This document shows positions 41,301-54,629 of a stretch of 64,000 nucleotides of DNA, piece by piece. The notes under the pieces are model-generated. The model was not told the origin of the DNA. It made no database searches and saw only the letters and a list, made by a program, of their open reading frames with translations. The DNA is from Eledone cirrhosa. Lineage: Eukaryota. Every line of letters begins with the position of its first letter. Positions within the stretch are counted from its first letter, which is position 1. A program made the position numbers and the translations under genes. The stretch lies in contig OZ024742.1 in NCBI GenBank assembly GCA_964016885.1, positions 163,494,001-163,558,000 on the forward strand. The letters run 5' to 3'.

Positions 41301-44300
41301 TTTTTACAAATTATCTCCTGATTTTTTTTACAAATTATCTCCCCCTGATTTTTTTTTACAAATTATCTCCCCCTGATTTTTTTTTACAAATTATCTCCCC
41401 CCTGATTTTTTTTACAATCTCCGCCTGATTTTTTTAAAAATTATCTTCCCTTGGCTGGCGGGAAATTATCTCCCCTTGGACGGCTGGAAATTATATCCCC
41501 TTGGAAGGATGGAAATTATCTCCCCTTGGACGGCTGGAAATTATCTCCCCTTGGACGGCTGGAAATTATCTCCCCTTGGACAGCTGGAAATTATCTGCCC
41601 TTGATTTTGTTTTTACAAATTATCTCCCCCTGATTTTTTTTACAAATTATCTCCACCTGATTTTTTAAAAAATTATCTCCCCTTGGACGGCAGTAAATTA
41701 TCTCTCCTTGGCTGGAAATTATCTCCCCTTGGACGGCTAGAAATTATCTCTATTTGGACGGCTGGAAATTATCTCCCTTTGATTTTTTTTACAAATTATC
41801 TCCCCCTGATTTTTTTTAAAAATTATATCTCCTTGGACGACTGGAAATTATCTCCCCTTGATTTTTTTTTACAAATTATCTCCCCCTGATTTTTTTTTAC
41901 AAATTATCTCCGCCTGATTTTTTTTTAAAAATTATCTCCCCTTGGACGGCTGGAAATTATCTCCCCTTGGACGGCTGGAAATTATCTCCCCTTGGACGGC
42001 TAGAAATTACCTCTCCTTGGACGGCTGAAAATTATCTCCCCTTGGACGGCTGCAAATTATCTCCCCTTGATTTTTTTAACAAATTATCTCCCCCTGATTT
42101 TTTTTTACAAATTATCTCCCCCTGATTTTTTTTTACAAATTATCTACGCCTAATTTTTTTTACAAATTATCTCCCCCTGATTTTTTTTTACAAATTATCT
42201 CCCCGTGATTTTTTTTACAAATTATCTCCCCCTGATTTTTTTTTACAAATTATCTCCGCCTGATTTTTTTTTAAAATTATCTCTGCTTGGACGGCTGGAT
42301 ATTATCTCCCCTTTCATTTTTTTTACAAATTATCTCCCCCTGATTTTTTTTTACAAATTATCTACCCCTGATTTTTTTTTACAAATTATCTCCCCCTGAT
42401 TTTTTTTACAAATTATCTCCCCCTGATTTTTTTTTTACAAATTATTTCCCCCTGATTTTTTTACAAATTATCTGCCCCTGATTTTTTTTACAAATTATCT
42501 CCGCCTGATTTTTTTAAATATTATCTTACCTTGGCTGGCGGGAAATTATCTCCCCTTGGACGGCTGAAAATTATCTCCCCTTGGACGGCTGGAAATTATC
42601 TCCCCTTGATTTTTTTTACAAATTATCTCCCCCTGATTTTTTTTTACAAATTATCTCCCCCTGATTTTTTTTTACAAATTATCTCCCCCTGATTTTTTTT
42701 ACAAATTATCTCCCCCTGATTTTTTTACAAATTATCTCCCCTTGGATGGCTGGAAATTATCTCCCCTTGGAGGCTGGAATTTATCTCCCCTTGGACGGCT
42801 AGAAATTACCTCTCCTTGGACGGCTGGAAAATATGTCCTTGGACGGCTGGATATTATCTACCCTTGGACAGCTGGAAATTATCTCCCCTTGGACGGCTGG
42901 AAATTATCTCCCCTTGGACGGCTAGATATTACCTCCCCTTGGACGGCTGGAAATTATCTCCCCTTGATTTTTTTTACAAATTATCTCCCCCTAATTTTTT
43001 TTACAAATTATCTCCCCCTGATTTTTTTTACGAATTATCTCCCCCTGATTTTTTTTTACAAACTATCTCCGCCTGATTTTTTTTTTAAAATGATCTCCCC
43101 TTGGACGGCTGGAAATTATCTCCCCTTGGACGGCTGGAAATTATCTCCCCTTGGACGGCTAGAAATTACCTCTCCTTGGACGGCTGAAAATTATCTCCCC
43201 TTGGACGGCTGCAAATTATCTCCCCTTGATTTTTTTAACAAATTATCTCCCCCTGATTTTTTTTTACAAATTATCTCCCCCTGATTTTTTTTTACAAATT
43301 ATCTACGCCTAATTTTTTTTACAAATTATCTCCCCCTGATTTTTTTTCACAAATTATCTCCCCCTGATTTTTTTTACAAATTATCTCCCCCTGATTTTTT
43401 TACAAATTATCTCCCCCCTGATTTTTATTACAATCTCCGCCTGATTTTTAAAAAAATTATCTTCCCTTGGCTGGCGGGAAATTATCTCCCCTTGGACGGC
43501 TGGAAATTATATCCCCTTGGAAGGATGGAAATTATCTCCCCTTGGACGGCTGGAAATTATCTCCCCTTGGACGGCTGGAAATTATCTCCCCTTGGACAGC
43601 TGGAAATTATCTGCCCTTGATTTTGTTTTTACAAATTATCTCCCCCTGATTTTTTTTACAAATTATCTCCACCTGATTTTTTAAAAAATTATCTCCCCTT
43701 GGACGGCTGGAAATTATCTCCCCTTGGCTCGAAATTATCTCCCCTTGGACGGCTAGAAATTATCTCTCTTTGGACGGCTGGAAATTATCTCCCTTTGATT
43801 TTTTTTACAAATTATCTCCCCCTGATTTTTTTTTACAAATCTCCCCCTGATTTTTTAAAAAAAATTATCTCCCCTTCGCTGGCTGGAAATTATCTCCCCT
43901 TGGACACTGGAAATTATAGCCCCTTGGAGGGCTGGAAATTATCTTCCCTTGGACGGCTGGAAATTATCACTCCTTGATTTTTTTACAAATTATCTCCCCC
44001 TGATTTTTTTTTACAAATTATCCCCCCCGATTTTTTTTACAAATTATCTCCCCCTGATTTTTTTTACAAATTATCTCCCCTTGGACGGCTGGAAATTATC
44101 TCCCCTTGGACGGCTGGAAATTATCTCCCCTTGGACGGCTAGAAATTACCTCTCCTTGGACGACTGAAAATTATCTCCCCTTGGACGGCTGCAAATTATC
44201 TCCCCTTGATTTTTTTTACAAATTATCTACCCCTGATTTTTTTTTACAAATTATCTCCCCCTGATTTTTTTTACAAATAAACTCCCCCTGATTATTTTTT

Positions 44301-47300
44301 ACAAATTATCTCCCCCTGATTTTTTTTTACAAATTACCTCCCCCTGATTTTTTTTACAAATTATCTCCCCCTGATTTTTTTACAAATTATCTCCCCTTGG
44401 CTGGCTGGAAATTATCTCCCCTTGGAGGCTGGAATTTATCTCCCCTTGGACGGCTGGAAATTATCTCTCCTTGGATGGCTAGAAATTACCTCTCCTTGGA
44501 CGGCTGGAAAATATGTCTCCTTGGACGGCTGGAAATTATCTCCCCTTGGACGGCTGGAAATTATCTCCCCTTGGACGGCTGGAAATTATCTCTCCTTGGA
44601 CGGCTAGAAATTACCTCTCCTTGGACGGCTGAAAATTATCTCCCCTTGGACGGCTGGAAATTATCTACCCTTGATTTTTGTTACAAATTATCTCCCCCTG
44701 ATTTTTTTTTACAAATTATCTCCCCCTGATTTTTTTTTACAAATTATCTTCCCCTGATTTTTTTTTACAAATTATCTCCCCCTGATATTTTTTGCAAATT
44801 ATCTCCCCCTGATTTTTTTACAAATTATCTCCCCTTGGCTGGCTGGAAATTATCTCCCCTTGGAGGCTTGAATTTATCTCCCCTTGGACGGTTAGAAATT
44901 ACCTCTCCTTGGACGGCTAGAAAATATGTCTCCTTGGACGGCTGGAAATTATCTCCCCTTGGACGGCTGGAAATTATCTCCCCTTGGACGGCTGGAAATT
45001 ATCTCCCCTTGGACGGCTAGATATTACCTCCCCTTGGACGGCTGGAAATTATCTCCCCTTGATTTTTTTTACAAATTATCTCCCCCTGATTTTTTTTTAC
45101 GAATTATCTCCCCCTGATTTTTGTTTTACAAACTATCTCCGCCTGATTTTTTTTTAAAAATGATCTCCCCTTGGACGGCTGGAAATTATCTCCCCTTGGA
45201 CGGCTGGAAATTATCTCCCCTTGGACGGCTAGAAATTACCTCTCCTTGGACGGCTGAAAATTATCTCCCCTTGGACGGCTGCAAATTATCTCCCCTTGAT
45301 TTTTTTAACAAATTATCTCCCCCTGATTTTTTTTACAAATTATCTCTCCCTGATTTTTTTTTACAAATTATCTACGCCTAATTTTTTTTACAAATTATCT
45401 CCCCCTGATTTTTTTTTACAAATTATCTCCCCCTGATTTTTTTTTACAAATTACCTCCCCCTGATTTTTTTTTTACAAATTATCTCCCCCCTGATTTTTT
45501 TTACAATCTCCGCCTGATTTTTTAAAAAATTATCTTCCCTTGGCTGGCGGGAAATTATCTCCCCTTGGACGGCTGGAAATTATATCCCCTTGGAAGGATG
45601 GAAATTATCTCCCCTTGGACGGCTGGAAATTATCTCCCCTTGGACGGCTGGAAATTATCTCCCCTTGGACAGCTGGAAATTATCTGCCCTTGATTTTGTT
45701 TTTACAAATTATCTCCCCCTGATTTTTAAAAAATTATCTCCCCTTGGACGGCAGTAAATTATCTCTCCTTGGCTGGAAATTATCTCCCCTTGGACGGCTA
45801 GAAATTATCTCTATTTGGACGGCTGGAAATTATCTCCCTTTGATTTTTTTTACAAATTATCTCCCCCTGATTTTTTTTAAAAATTATCTCTCCTTGGACG
45901 GCTGGAAATTATCTCCCCTTGATTTTTTTTACAAATTATCTCCCCCTGATTTTTTTTACAAATCTCCCCCTGATTTTTAAAAAAAAATTATCTCCCCTTC
46001 GCTGGCTGGAAATTATCTCCCCTTGGGCACTGGAAATTATAGCCCCTTGGAGGGCTGGAAATTATCTTCCCTTGGACGGCTGGAAATTATCTCTCCTTGA
46101 TTTTTTTACAAATTATCTCCCCCTGATTTTTTTTTACAAATTATCCCCCCGATTTTTTTTACAAATTATCTCCCCCTGATTTTTTTTACAAATTATCTCC
46201 CCTTGGACGGCTGGAAATTATCTCCCCTTGGACGGCTGGAAATTATCTCCCCTTGGACGGCTAGAAATTACCTCTCCTTGGACGACTGAAAATTATCTCC
46301 CCTTGGACGGCTGCAAATTATCTCCCCTTGATTTTTTTTACAAATTATCTACCCCTGATTTTTTTTTACAAATTATCTCCCCCTGATTTTTTTTACAAAT
46401 TATCTCCCCCTGATTTTTTTACAAATTATCTCCCCCTGATTTTTTTACAAATTATCTCCCCCTGATTTTTTTTACAAATTATCTCCGCCTAATTTTTTTA
46501 AATATTATCTTCCCTTGGCTGGCGGGAAATTATCTCCCCTTGGACGGCTGAAAATTATCTCCCCTTGGACGGCTGGAAATTATCTCCCCTTGATTTTTTT
46601 TACAAATAAACTCACCCTGATTATATTTTACAAATTATCTCCCCCTGATTTTTTTTTACAAATTATCTCCCCCTGATTTTTTTTACAAATTATCTCCCCC
46701 TGATTTTTTTACAAATTATCTCCCCTTGGCTGGCTGGAAATTATCTCCCCTTGGAGGCTGGAATTTATCTCCCCTTGGACGGCTGGAAATTATCTCTCCT
46801 TGGACGGCTAGAAATTACCTCTCCTTGGACGGCTGGAAAATATGTCTCCTTGGACGGCTGGAAATTATCTCCCCTTGCACGGCTGGAAATTATCTCCCCT
46901 TGGACGGCTGGAAATTATCTCTCCTTGGACGGCTAGAAATTACCTCTCCTTGGACGGCTGAAAATTATCTCCCCTTGGACGGCTGGAAATTATCTCCCCT
47001 TGATTTTTGTTACAAATTATCTCCCCTGATTTTTTTTTACAAATTATCTCCCCCTGATTTTTTTTTACAAATTATCTTCCCCTGATTTTTTATGACAAAT
47101 TATCTCCCCCTGATATTTTTTACAAATTATCTCCCCCTGATTTTTTTACAAAGTATCTCCCCTTGGCTGGCTGGAAATTATCTCCCCTTGGAGGCTGGAA
47201 TTTATCTCCCCTTGGACGGTTAGAAATTACCTCTCCTTGGACGGCAAGAAAATATGTCTCCTTGGACGGCTGGAAATTATCTCCCCTTGGACGGCTGGAA

Positions 47301-50300
47301 ATTATCTCCCCTTGGACGGCTGGAAATTATCTCCCCTTGGACGGCTAGATATTACCTCCCCTTGGACGGCTGGAAATTATCTCCCCTTGATTTTTTTTAC
47401 AAATTATCTCCCCCTGATTTTTTTTACAAATTATCTCCCCCTGATTTTTTTACAAATTATCTCCCCCTGATTTTTTTACAAATTATCTCCCCCTGATTTT
47501 TTTTACAAATTATCTCCCCATGATTTTTTTACAAATTATCTCCCCTTGGCTGGCTGGAAATTATCTCCCCTTGGAGGCTGGAATTTATCTCCCCTTGGAC
47601 GGCTAGAAATTACCTCTCCTTGGACGGCTGGAAAATATGTCTCCTTGGACGGCTGGATATTATCTACCCTTGGACGGCTGGAAATTATCTCCCCTTGGAC
47701 GGCTGGAAATTATCTCCCCTTGGACGGCTAGATATTACCTCCCCTTGGACGGCTGGAAATTATCTCCCCTTGATTTTTTTTACAAATTATCTCCCCCTGA
47801 TTTTTTTTACAAATTATCTCCCCCTGATTTTTTTACAAATTATCTCCCCATGATTTTTCTACAAATTATCTCCGCCTAATTTTTTTAAATATTATCTTCC
47901 CTTGGCTGGCGGGAAATTATCTCCCCTTGGACGGCTGAAAATTATCTCCCCTTGGACGGCTGGAAATTATCTCCCCTTGATTTTTTTTACAAATAAACTC
48001 CCCCTGATTATATTTTACAAATTATCTCCCCCTGATTTTTTTTACAAATTATCTCCCCCTGATTTTTTTACAAATTATCTCCCCTTGGCTGGCTGGAAAT
48101 TATCTCCCCTTGGAGGCTGGAATTTATCTCCCCTTGGACGGCTGGAAATTATCTCTCCTTGGACGGCTAGAAATTACCTCTCCTTGGACGGCTGGAAAAT
48201 AATTCTCCTTGGACGGCTGGAAATTATCTCCCCTTGCACGGCTGGAAATTATCTCCCCTTGGACGGGTGGAAATTATCTCTCCTTGGACGGCTAGAAATT
48301 ACCTCTCCTTGGACGGCTGAAAATTATCTCCCCTTGGACGGCTGGAAATTATCTCCCCTTGATTTTTGTTACAAATTATCTCCCTCTGATTTTTTTTTAC
48401 AAATTACCTCCCCCTGATTTTTTTTTACAAATTATCTCCCCCTGATATTTTTTACAAATTATCTCCCCCTGATTTTTTTACAAATTATCTCCCCTTGGCT
48501 GGCTGGAAATTATCTCCCCTTGGAGGCTGGAATTTATCTCCCCTTGGACGGTTAGAAATTACCTCTCCTTGGACGGCAAGAAAATATGTCTCCTTGGACG
48601 GCTGGAAATTATCTCCCCTTGGACGGCTGGAAATTATCTCCCCTTGGACGGCTGGAAATTATCTCCCCTTGGACGGCTAGATATTACCTCCCCTTGGACG
48701 GCTGGAAATTATCTCCCCTTGATTTTTTTTACAAATTATCTCCCCCTAATTTTTTTTACAAATTATCTCCCCCTGATTTTTTTTACGAATTATCTCCCCC
48801 TGATTTTTTTTTACAAACTATCTCCGCCTGATTTTTTTTTTAAAATGATCTCCCCTTGGACGGCTGGAAATTATCTCCCCTTGGACGGCTGGAAATTATC
48901 TCCCCTTGGACGGCTAGAAATTACCTCTCCTTGGACGGCTGAAAATTATCTCCCCTTGGACGGCTGCAAATTATCTCCCCTTGATTTTTTTAACAAATTA
49001 TCTCCCCCTGATTTTTTTTACAAATTATCTCCCCCTGATTTTTTTTACAAATTATCTACGCCTAATTTTTTTTACAAATTATCTCCTGATTTTTTTTACA
49101 AATTATCTCCCCCTGATTTTTTTTTACAAATTATCTCCCCCTGATTTTTTTTTACAAATTATCTCCCCCCTGATTTTTTTTACAATCTCCGCCTGATTTT
49201 TTTAAAAATTATCTTCCCTTGGCTGGCGGGAAATTATCTCCCCTTGGACGGCTGGAAATTATATCCCCTTGGAAGGATGGAAATTATCTCCCCTTGGACG
49301 GCTGGAAATTATCTCCCCTTGGACGGCTGGAAATTATCTCCCCTTGGACAGCTGGAAATTATCTGCCCTTGATTTTGTTTTTACAAATTATCTCCCCCTG
49401 ATTTTTTTTACAAATTATCTCCACCTGATTTTTTAAAAAATTATCTCCCCTTGGACGGCAGTAAATTATCTCTCCTTGGCTGGAAATTATCTCCCCTTGG
49501 ACGGCTAGAAATTATCTCTATTTGGACGGCTGGAAATTATCTCCCTTTGATTTTTTTTACAAATTATCTCCCCCTGATTTTTTTTAAAAATTATATCTCC
49601 TTGGACGACTGGAAATTATCTCCCCTTGATTTTTTTTTACAAATTATCTCCCCCTGATTTTTTTTTACAAATTATCTCCGCCTGATTTTTTTTTAAAAAT
49701 TATCTCCCCTTGGACGGCTGGAAATTATCTCCCCTTGGACGGCTGGAAATTATCTCCCCTTGGACGGCTAGAAATTACCTCTCCTTGGACGGCTGAAAAT
49801 TATCTCCCCTTGGACGGCTGCAAATTATCTCCCCTTGATTTTTTTAACAAATTATCTCCCCCTGATTTTTTTTTACAAATTATCTCCCCCTGATTTTTTT
49901 TTACAAATTATCTACGCCTAATTTTTTTTACAAATTATCTCCCCCTGATTTTTTTTTACAAATTATCTCCCCGTGATTTTTTTTACAAATTATCTCCCCC
50001 TGATTTTTTTTTACAAATTATCTCCGCCTGATTTTTTTTAAAAATTATCTCTGCTTGGACGGCTGGATATTATCTCCCCTTTCATTTTTTTTACAAATTA
50101 TCTCCCCCTGATTTTTTTTTACAAATTATCTACCCCTGATTTTTTTTTACAAATTATCTCCCCCTGATTTTTTTTACAAATTATCTCCCCCTGATTTTTT
50201 TTTTACAAATTATTTCCCCCTGATTTTTTTACAAATTATCTGCCCCTGATTTTTTTTACAAATTATCTCCGCCTGATTTTTTTAAATATTATCTTACCTT

Positions 50301-51030
50301 GGCTGGCGGGAAATTATCTCCCCTTGGACGGCTGAATATTATCTCCCCTTGGACGGCTGGAAATTATCTCCCCTTGATTTTTTTTACAAATTATCTCCCC
50401 CTGATTTTTTTTTACAAATTATCTCCCCCTGATTTTTTTTTACAAATTATCTCCCCCTGATTTTTTTTACAAATTATCTCCCCCTGATTTTTTTACAAAT
50501 TATCTCCCCTTGGATGGCTGGAAATTATCTCCCCTTGGAGGCTGGAATTTATCTCCCCTTGGACGGCTAGAAATTACCTCTCCTTGGACGGCTGGAAAAT
50601 ATGTCCTTGGACGGCTGGATATTATCTACCCTTGGACAGCTGGAAATTATCTCCCCTTGGACGGCTGGAAATTATCTCCCCTTGGACGGCTAGATATTAC
50701 CTCCCCTTGGACGGCTGGAAATTATCTCCCCTTGATTTTTTTTACAAATTATCTCCCCCTAATTTTTTTTACAAATTATCTCCCCCTGATTTTTTTTACG
50801 AATTATCTCCCCCTGATTTTTTTTTACAAACTATCTCCGCCTGATTTTTTTTTTAAAATGATCTCCCCTTGGACGGCTGGAAATTATCTCCCCTTGGACG
50901 GCTGGAAATTATCTCCCCTTGGACGGCTAGAAATTACCTCTCCTTGGACGGCTGAAAATTATCTCCCCTTGGACGGCTGCAAATTATCTCCCCTTGATTT
51001 TTTTAACAAATTATCTCCCCCTGATTTTTT
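35325..51030 (+). repeat. Tandem duplication, period 7768 bp
   Basis: Pseudo-ORFs from 35699->43467 through 42816->50584 are all offset by exactly 7768. Confidence 0.93.
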
Positions 51031-52780
51031 TTACAAATTATCTCCCCCTGATTTTTTTTATAAATTATCTACGCCTAATTTTTTTTACAAATTATCTCCT
51101 GATTTTTTTTACAAATTATCTCCCCCTGATTTTTTTTTACAAATTATCTCCCCCTGATTTTTTTTTACAAATTATCTCCCCCCTGATTTTTTTTACAATC
51201 TCCGCCTGATTTTTTTAAAAATTATCTTCCCTTGGCTGGCGGGAAATTATCTCCCCTTGGACGGCTGGAAATTATATCCCCTTGGAAGGATGGAAATTAT
51301 CTCCCCTTGGACGGCTGGAAATTATCTCCCCTTGGACGGCTGGAAATTATCTCTCCTTGGACAGCTGGAAATTATCTGCCCTTGATTTTGTTTTTACAAA
51401 TTATCTCCCCCTGATTTTTTTTACAAATTATCTCCACCTGATTTTTTAAAAAATTATCTCCCCTTGGACGGCAGTAAATTATCTCTCCTTGGCTGGAAAT
51501 TATCTCCCCTTGGACGGCTAGAAATTATCTCTATTTGGACGGCTGGAAATTATCTCCCTTTGATTTTTTTTACAAATTATCTCCCCCTGATTTTTTTTAA
51601 AAATTATATCTCCTTGGACGACTGGAAATTATCTCCCCTTGATTTTTTTTACAAATTATCTCCCCCTGATTTTTTTTTACAAATTATCTCCGCCTGATTT
51701 TTTTAAAAAATTATCTCCCCTTGGACGGCTGGAAATTATCTCCCCTTGGACGGCTGGAAATTATCTCCCCTTGGACGGCTAGAAATTACCTCTCCTTGGA
51801 CGGCTGAAAATTATCTCCCCTTGGACGGCTGCAAATTATCTCCCCTTGATTTTTTTAACAAATTATCTCCCCCTGATTTTTTTTTACAAATTATCTCCCC
51901 CTGATTTTTTTTTACAAATTATCTACGCCTAATTTTTTTTACAAATTATCTCCCCCTGATTTTTTTTTACAAATTATCTCCCCGTGATTTTTTTTACAAA
52001 TTATCTCCCCCTGATTTTTTTTTACAAATTATCTCCGCCTGATTTTTTTTTAAAATTATCTCTGCTTGGACGGCTGGATATTATCTCCCCTTTCATTTTT
52101 TTTACAAATTATCTCCCCCTGATTTTTTTTTACAAATTATCTACCCCTGATTTTTTTTTACAAATTATCTCCCCCTGATTTTTTTTACAAATTATCTCCC
52201 CCTGATTTTTTTTTTACAAATTATTTCCCCCTGATTTTTTTACAAATTATCTGCCCCTGATTTTTTTTACAAATTATCTCCGCCTGATTTTTTTAAATAT
52301 TATCTTACCTTGGCTGGCGGGAAATTATCTCCCCTTGGACGGCTGAAAATTATCTCCCCTTGGACGGCTGGAAATTATCTCCCCTTGATTTTTTTTACAA
52401 ATTATCTCCCCCTGATTTTTTTTTACAAATTATCTCCCCCTGATTTTTTTTTACAAATTATCTCCCCCTGATTTTTTTTTACAAATTATCTCCCCCTGAT
52501 TTTTTTTACAAATTATCTCCCCCTGATTTTTTTACAAATTATCTCCCCTTGGATGGCTGGAAATTATCTCCCCTTGGAGGCTGGAATTTATCTCCCCTTG
52601 GACGGCTAGAAATTACCTCTCCTTGGACGGCTGGAAAATATGTCCTTGGACGGCTGGATATTATCTACCCTTGGACAGCTGGAAATTATCTCCCCTTGGA
52701 CGGCTGGAAATTATCTCCCCTTGGACGGCTAGATATTACCTCCCCTTGGACGGCTGGAAATTATCTCCCCTTGATTTATT
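48610..52780 (+). repeat. Tandem duplication, period ~2013 bp
   Basis: Offsets 48981->50994, 49219->51232 and 49451->51464 equal 2013. 50510->52549 is 2039 after gain of one B monomer. Confidence 0.85.
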
Positions 52781-54629
52781 TTACAAATTATCTCCCCCTG
52801 ATTTTTTTTTACAAATTATCTCCCCCTGATTTTTTTTTTACAAATTATCTACCCCTGATTTTTTTTTACAAATTATCTCCCCCTGATTTTTTTTACAAAT
52901 TATCTCCCTGATTTTTTACAAATTATCTCCCCCTGATTTTTTTACAAATTATCTTCCCTTGGCTGGCGGGAAATTATCTCCCCTTGGACGGCTGGAAATT
53001 ATCTCCCCTTGCACGGCTGGAAATTATCTCCCCTTGGTCGGCTAGAAATTACCTCTCCTTGGACGGCTGAAAATTATCTCCCCTTGGACGGCTGGAAATT
53101 ATCTCCCCTTGGAAGGCTGGAAATTATCTCCCCTTGGACGGCTGGAAATTATCTCCCCTTGCACGGCTGGAAATTATCTCCCCTTGGACAGCTGGAAATT
53201 ATCTGCCCTTGATTTTGTTTTTACAAATTATCTCCCCTGATTTTTTTTACAAATTATCTCCACCTGATTTTTTAAAAAATTATCTCCCCTTGGACGGCTG
53301 GAAATTATCTCCCCTTGGACGGCTAGAAATTATCTCTCTTTGGACGGCTGGAAATTATCTCCCTTTGATTTTTTTTACAAATTATCTCCCTCTGATTTTT
53401 TTTACAAATTGCCCCCTGATTTTTAAAAAAAAATTATCTCCCCTTCGCTGGCTGGAAATTATCTCCCCTTGGACACTGGAAATTATAGCCCCTTGGAGGG
53501 CTGGAAATTATCTTCCCTTGGACGGCTGGAAATTATCTCCCCTTGATTTTTTTTACAAATTATCTCCCCCTGATTTTTTTTACAAATTATCTCCCCCTGA
53601 TTTTTTTTTACAAATTATCTCCGCCTGATTTTTTTTTTAAATTATCTCTCCTTGGACGGCTGGAAATTATCTCCCCTTGATTTTTTTTACAAATCATCTC
53701 CCCCTGATTTTTTTTACAAATTATCTCCCCCTGATTTTTTTTTACAAATTATCTACCCCTGATTTTTTTTTACAAATTATCTCCCCCTGATTTTTTTTAC
53801 AAATTATCTCCCCCTGATTTTTTTTACAAATTATCTCCCCCTGATTTTTTTACAAATTATCTCCCCCTGATTTTTTTTACAAATTATCTCCGCCTAATTT
53901 TTTTAAATATTATCTCCCCTTGGACGGCTGAAAATTATCTCCCCTTGGACGGCTGGAAATTATCTCCCCTTGATTTTTTTACAAATTATCTCCCCCTGAT
54001 TATTTTTTACAAATTATCTCCCCCTGATTTTTTTTACAAATCATCTCCCCCTGATTTTTTTTTTACAAATTATCTCCCCCTGATATTTTTTACAAATTAT
54101 CTCCCCCTGATTTTTTTACAAATTATCTCCCCTTGGCTGGCTGGAAATTATCTCCCCTTGGAGGCTGGAATTTATCTCCCCTTGGACGGCTAGAAATTAC
54201 CTCGCCTTGGACGGCTGGAAAATGTCTCCTTGGACGGCTGGAAATTATCTCCCCTTGGACGGCTGGAAATTATCTCCCCTTGGACGGCTAGATATTACCT
54301 CCCCTTGGACGGCTGGAAATTATCTCCCCTTGATTTTTTTTACAAATTATCTCCCCCTGATTTTTTTTTACAAATTATCTCCCCCTGATTTTTTTTACGA
54401 ATTATCTCCCCCTGATTTTTTTTTACAAATTATCTCCGCCTGATTTTTTTTTTAAAATTATCTCCCCTTGGACGGCTGGAAATTATCTCCCCTTGGACGG
54501 CTGGAAATTATCTCCCCTTGGACGGCTAGAAATTACCTCTCCTTGGACGGCTGAAAATTATCTCCCCATGGACGGCTGCAAATTATCTCCCCTTGATTTT
54601 TTTAACAAATTATCTCCCCCTGATTTTTT

